From positions 496,001-560,000 of the forward strand of contig OY253675.1 in the NCBI GenBank assembly GCA_958009085.1: a DNA stretch of 64,000 nucleotides, read 5' to 3'. The translations under genes and the position numbers were made by a program. The notes beneath the pieces were generated by a model. It was not told where the DNA came from. It saw only the letters and a program-made list of their open reading frames with translations, and ran no database searches. Positions 58,408 to 64,000 of this stretch are shown here, in pieces. Source of the stretch: Protoeuglena noctilucae (taxonomy: Eukaryota). How positions within the stretch are numbered: the stretch's first letter is position 1; the number at the start of each line of letters is the position of its first letter.

Positions 58408-61290
58408 ATGGCGCTCGTGCAGGGTGAGGAGTTCGGAGTGCCCAAAACGGGCGCTCCCCACCCAGCTGCGGCCGCACCTGCGCGCCAGTATGGCACAACG
58501 AATTTCTCTGTCCACGATGTGCGCGGCTGGTCACCGGCAGCGGGCGCGTCGCGGCAGACGGGGGTTTTCGGGGCCGCCCCAACTTCACCGCGCTCTGGGC
58601 GCGCATCCGCGGCGCCCCTGGCCCACCGACGCCGCGTGGCCCTGGCGTCCTTGCTTTCCGAGCCAGTGGAAGCGGCCTGGAACACGGCACAGCGCGCGGG
58701 CAGTCATGCGGGTACATTCGTGTTGGGCTGCCCTTAGAACCGCGTCGCATCTGCGCACCCGCTGGGTGTCCAATGATTGTGTATCACCCAAATAGCCAAG
58801 CGACGATTTCCTCCCCGCCCTGGACCGCAGCGGGCGGCAACGGGACGGTGCGGTGCACCACATCGACCCTTCTCGCCGCGACAGCCGCCGCTGCGTCTGC
58901 CGCGGAGTACCTCAGCGATGACTGCGACGCGTTCTTGGGATTTCTCACGTGAGGCCGCGCGGATCGCCCCGCACCCGGGCGCGCGGCGGGCTGGCGCGAC
59001 TGGCCACCGTGCACCGCGTCAGTTGCCCGCCCCTGGGTGTCCGCAGGGCGGCCGAGGGATCCATTAGCGTACCTGGCATCGCATGGAAGGACATGGCGGC
59101 GTCGGGGGACCTCCAGGACGCGCTCGAAGACGCGTTGACATTCGTGCTTTCCCTGGACGGGACGGTGCCCCGCGACTCGCTGGCGGAGCTGGCCGTGGGG
59201 CCCAAGGGCTTTCCTTCGGTCGAGAACCGGATCCGCGGGGCGCTGGGCCGGCTCGGCGCCGAGCGGCTGGCCCAGCGCCCGCCCACACGGTACGCCCAGA
59301 GCGAGCGGGTCGCGGCGGGGGGCTCCCTGAAGCGCGCGCGGCGCGGCAAGGCGATGGGCCGCGTGTCGGGGCGCAAGACGGCCTCGGAGCCGGCGATGGG
59401 GGCCCAGCCCGCCCGCGGGGTGGGCGAGTGGCTTCCGGAGGCCATCCTGGAGGAGCGTGCTGCGCTGGTGTGCGACGTGCTGCGCGCGGCACGCACCTTG
59501 GCTCAGGCGCCCGCCCGCTCCGAGACGCTCGCGCGATCTTCCACCCTCGTGCAAGCCAACGCTTCGCTGGAGGAGGTGCCGATGCCACCCACGTCGCCGT
59601 CTGCGGACCCCGAGATCGCCCCGCCCCCACCAGACGCCGCGTCGCCGGGGCCCGGCTCGAGGACCCTCACGCGGGTCCCTGCCACGGTCTCCCGCCGACC
59701 CGTGTCGCCGCCCCGCGAGCCGTCCCTGGCGCGTCAGCCGACGTCGCCCTCACGACCCCCCACGTCGCCGCCGCAAGACGCGTCCGCGGCGCCCGCCCCG
59801 ATGTCGCCCTCGCGACCGCCCATGTCGCCGGCGCGCAACCGGGGACCCCTGACGCGCACCTCCACCTCCGTGGCGCCGCCCATCGGCGGGACCCTGGCGC
59901 GCTCGTCGACGACGATGGGCCGCGCCGCCACACCGCTCGGGCGGTCCGCGACGACCCTGGGCCGCGCCGTCACCCCGATGGAGCGAGCGACGACGCCCTT
60001 CGCCCCCGCCCCTCCGGGCGTCGTCGCGCGCACGTCCACGACCCTCGGCCGGACCTCCACGACGCTGGCGCGTGCCACGACGTCCCAGCGGGCCGACGCG
60101 AGCCGGCCGGGCACGTCGGCGGGGCCGCCGGGCGATCGGCCAGGCACGTCCGCGCGGGCGAAGAGGATGGCGGATGGGGCCCGTGAGTTCCTTCGGCTCT
60201 TCCCCGAGCCGCCCGCCGAGATCGAAGCCAGGTGCGTGTTATGTGCGGCTGCGGGATTCCCATGGCGAGTGCTTGTCTTCCTTGACAAGGCCGTTGTTCC
60301 AGCACTCCTGTTCCGCCAAGCATCTCGTCGTCGGCAACTCAAACCCTGCAATCCTCTGCGCCACCTCCGCAGGCGTCTGACCGTGATCCACCGGCACGCG
60401 ATGCACGTCAGGAACCTCGCCACCCCGCGCGTCATCGACGCCATGCGGCGCGCAGCGGACGCTCTGAGCTGCGAGTGTTTCTGGGCGTCTGTCACGCTCC
60501 ACCGGATCGAGATGCTCGTCTTTTGCTCGTGAGTGCCGCCGCGCCATGGCAGGGGGCTGGGGCCATGGCTTGGTGGCGAATGCTAATCCTCGCAGGGTGT
60601 CCCACTCACTGTTTGTGACTCGTACCTGATGCCCTCGTTCCCAGGCTGGCCCCACCACGCAAGGTGGCGCGCGTGGGGGGGTGGCAGGAGGTCCTGGAGG
60701 TCACGATGATGGCCGTCCCGAGGACGCTCCTGGACAGCCCGGCCGCGGTGGCGTCGGGGGGCCGCGTGCTGCGCCGGGCGTTCGGGGAGGAGCCGCTCCA
60801 GGGCACCGGGCTGCTGCTGGGAGCGCCCAGCCCCCTCCTGGGCCGTGCCTTGGCCATGAACGACCTCCACCTGCAAGTCTTCGGGGCGCGCATCGGGTGG
60901 ATGGCCGACGCGTTTGCGCCCGACGCCGCATACCCGGACTACCCCCCGGCGGAGCAGTGGCCCGCGCACCACCTCCCGGCCGCCGACGTGGCCTTCGCGG
61001 CGTCGACGCCCTTCCTGGCAGTCAACGACGCCAGCGCCGTCAAGCGCATGCGGGACCTCACGAGCGCCCGGGTGTCGGTCAACGCGCGCCTTCAGGCCTC
61101 GGTCCCCGTAATCGTCGACGGTGCCCCCGTGGGCTCCTTCACGGTCCAGACCTTCCGCGACGACGTGGGTACCTGGGGCCAGGTGCAGTGGGCAGCCATG
61201 GAGACCGCCAGCGCCGCGCTGGCGCAGGAGTGGCGCAAGGGGGACGCCGTCGCGGCCGTCAACATGCCCCGGTCGTACGTGCTGGTGTGA
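58408..61290 (+). CDS. Hypothetical protein with a central Ser/Thr/Pro-rich repeat region
   Basis: Long open exons with host-like codon usage (about 59090-60231, 60373-60530, 60646-61290) bounded by GT-AG signals. No family recognised; start approximate. Confidence 0.55.
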
Positions 61291-61807
61291 CGGGGCGGCG
61301 GGGGAGGGAGGCATATACGATAGGGAGGGTGAGGGACTAACTGTGGCTGTCAGATGCCCGCACATTCGTCCGATCGAGGACGGGGGTGTGACGCCGAGGC
61401 GCGTGGCGCGTTTGCGACGCCTGCGCGCGTGGAGACTCTGTGCCGAACGTGTTTGAGGAGGGGCCGCGTTGTGGTAAGCTTCCCGGTTGATGATGTCAGG
61501 GCTGTGAGTTCGTGAGGAGGGGGTGCCCGCCTTGCCGTGGAGTTTCGGCGCGGGTGGCCTTAGGGACTGTGTCTAGGTTTGCTGCTGCGTTGCGGCCGAA
61601 CCGCTCATTGGTGTCTGTCTAGTTTTCATTGGTGCAGTTGCTGGCGCCGTCTGGCACGTCTTGACTCCTCCTGTTTGCTTAGTGTTCCGCCCTGCGATTT
61701 TCCCGTCAAGCGGGGCAGCGTAAGCGCTTGACTGCTTGCATGGATTGCCGTCTTGAATGAACCTCGACTGCTAGCTTCAGCTACAGCGCTGTGGGCCTAC
61801 ACGGCCC

Positions 61808-63042
61808 ATGGTAGCTGCTGCGACGCGTTGTTCGATTGCCTGTTATGGCTTGCGTGTAAGAAGGCCGCCCTTTCGGGGCGCTGGCCGCCCAGTGCTGCAT
61901 TGCTGCGCAACCAGTGAGACGCGGCCCGTTGCTGGGGATTTGGGACTCCCAGGGCCGCGGAATCCCTTACAGAGGATTCCTTATGAGGAAGATAGTGGCT
62001 CGGTCCCCGCATGCGGTGGATCGTGCGCGCTGTGCGCGCAGGCGTCGCACAGTTTACCGTGCACTCCAGCTGCTCTGTCTGCTGCCCAAGAGCTCGTCGG
62101 TGCGTCAATGCCATCTTAATGCGCTGAATTTTAACGGATGTGATTCGCGCACGGACAGGGGATCGTGGCTTTGGCCGAGCGCGACGAACAAGCGGATGTC
62201 CCACCGGCGGCGACCGCAGAGACGATGGAGCAGCACGGGAGGCTGGATTTCGAGGCTGAGATTCCCGACAAACGATTTGAGTTGGACGAAATGTGGACAC
62301 GAGGGCCAGGGCGCATGCTGGGCGTGCTAGTCTGCCGGTGACTGCTGCGTGCAGTGAAGGAGCCAGCACAGTTGCAGCAATGGTGTATGCGATGCCGTTT
62401 CTCCGCCGCTGCAGGGACGGCGGCGGGCAGGTGCAGGTGCTGCGGGCCTTTTCGGGGCAGATGGCCAACTCTTGGCACGTGCCCGGTTGGTGTGGCCCCG
62501 TCTGCACCGTCACGCACGAGCACCCGACGTACCGTGAGAGCCGGCGGCGCGTGGAGGTCCTCTCAGCGCGCATCGCGGATGCCAGGGCGGCAGGGGATGG
62601 GCCCTCGGTAACAACGCTACGCCAACAGAGGCGTGCCGAGTCCCACGCGCTGCTCGACACCATCCAAGCGAGCTACCTCACCCGTTCGGTGGCTGGCGAC
62701 CCCCTGTGCCTCGCGGACGTCTACGAGCGCATCACGGAGCGCAGCGGGGGGTCCTATCGAGGCCAAGGTAGGTTCCCTGCGGGCACAGGGGACTGTTGCG
62801 CCCCCAAGCTGCTCCACGCCGCAGCGGCACGCGGGTGGCGACCCGAGGCGCTTGTCGAGTTCTGGTACGGGTCGGCGCCCCGGGAGAACACCCCTGCCGC
62901 TGCGGGGAGGGCGGCGAGGGGCGGTGCGGCCGGTGGGGCTGGTGGGGCCGTCGCGCCCTCTCGCGTCCACGGCGTGGTGTATGGTCCCTGCGATCGGTGC
63001 CAGGCGATCTTGGGCACGATGCTACACGGGATGACGCCCTGA
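61808..63042 (+). CDS. Stand-alone N-terminal domain of long-form bacterial RluA pseudouridine synthases, with putative organelle transit peptide
   Basis: CALC..HSLPCTP, GPGRMLGVLVCR|DGGG..LRAFSGQ..VPGWCGP, FPAGTGDCCAPKLL..PEALVEFWYG, HGVVYGPCDRCQAILGTML, then stop. No HRLD catalytic motif. Confidence 0.75.
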
Positions 63043-63614
63043 GCGATCTCCTCGGATTGTAAGGATGGTTGCGGTGTGGGCATGGTGTGTTTGCCCAGGT
63101 GCATGGACTGCGTGTGCATGCGTGCATGTGTTGCTTGTGGTGTCCCTGTGTACTAGCCCGGCTTTGAAAGACAGCCGACGACTTCGTGCCAGGCCACACT
63201 GCCATCGGGGCAAGGCGTGTTGCACAGCTAGCGCAGAGAGCGTTTCAATCTCGTGCACATGCTCCGGCTTGCTGTGGAAAGTCTGCCAAGGGTGACGCTC
63301 ACACCCTACGCGGCTGGCACAGAGCCTCCTAGGAAGGGTGAGTGGGAACCAACTAGCATCAAACACCCGACCGAGACACTGGCCTGGCTCTGCTGGGATG
63401 CAGTGCAGCGCAGCGCTGTGGCTGTGGTGGCATGCGCCGTGACGGCGACGGCCTCGACAGAAGCAAGCAAACAAACAAGGGGCGGGCAGAGCAGCGAGGA
63501 GCGTGGCTGGCGCGGGAGGCAGCAGGCAGAGAAGCCGAGCGCTGCAAGCCGGACCACGCTGCGTGCGTGGCGCCCAGCGGCGCGTGCGGGTCCTCTCTGA
63601 GCTGATATCGTGCT

Positions 63615-64000
63615 CTAATCCGACTGGGCCTCCGGCGCTGGGCCGTGCCGCGCCCTGCGTGCGCGACTCCCCCTCTCCGCCCCGCCCGACTCCCTCCCCG
63701 CTCCCCGGGGACGCTTGGCGGCTCGCGACTCGGGTGCAGCGGCAGCCGCGCTCTTCTTGTTGTCCTTACTGGCGCCTCCCTTGCTCCCCGCTTCCTTGCT
63801 CGCCGCCTCCCTCTTCAACGCCTGCGCACGGAGGGCACGAGCGGGCACGTCGCTGCAGCCGCTCCGGCACATCCCAGCCCGCCCACGCTCCCTCGCTTCC
63901 CGGGCCTTACCCGCAACTTCTCCCTGAACTCCTGATGCTTCTTCAGCTTCTCCCCCTGCTCGTTGATCTTGTGCCGCTGCAGCGCTAACTGCTGCTCCAT
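63615..64000 (-). CDS. 3' part of a coiled-coil/basic protein continuing beyond the window
   Basis: Exon ..HKINEQGEKLKKHQEFREKLR|gtaagg followed by cag|ALKREAASKEAGSK.. to a stop at 63615. Confidence 0.5.
   Translation of the reverse strand, partial: GAAVSAAAAQDQRAGGEAEEASGVQGEVAGKAREARERGRAGMCRSGCSDVPARALRAQALKREAASKEAGSKGGASKDNKKSAAAAAPESRAAKRPRGAGRESGGAERGSRARRARHGPAPEAQSD

Noticed and set aside
1..64000. Introner-like repeated intron family
   Set aside because: No near-identical introns shared between different genes were noticed by eye; a genome-wide comparison would be needed to exclude it.

Overview
GC-rich, compact, intron-rich eukaryotic DNA. The gene content (plastid-type LeuD, ASD, RETICULATA-like, centriolar TBC1D31-like) points to a flagellated green alga; this is inference. 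There are about 23 spliced host genes in mostly alternating orientation, and a 200-N assembly gap at 47211-47410. The standout is a DNA-transposon family seen twice. One copy is an apparently intact 5.57-kb autonomous element (11040-16612) with CATCGGGAAAAC terminal inverted repeats, a 2-bp TSD, 9-bp GGGATC subterminal repeats and a 7-exon, ~964-aa Plavaka-type DDE transposase. The other is an inverted, internally deleted 2.57-kb copy (21757-24321) with its own 2-bp TSD and a 274-bp foreign filler carrying tRNA B-box-like motifs. Other notable observations: 10 GC-AG introns (nine well supported) sharing an AG|GCGAG donor, introns built from tandem copies of their own exon/donor junction, a stand-alone RluA N-terminal domain, a J-domain-less DNAJC25-like gene, and a kinase/beta-helix fusion. 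All family assignments come from remembered motifs, not database searches. CDS coordinates span introns and several start codons are approximate.
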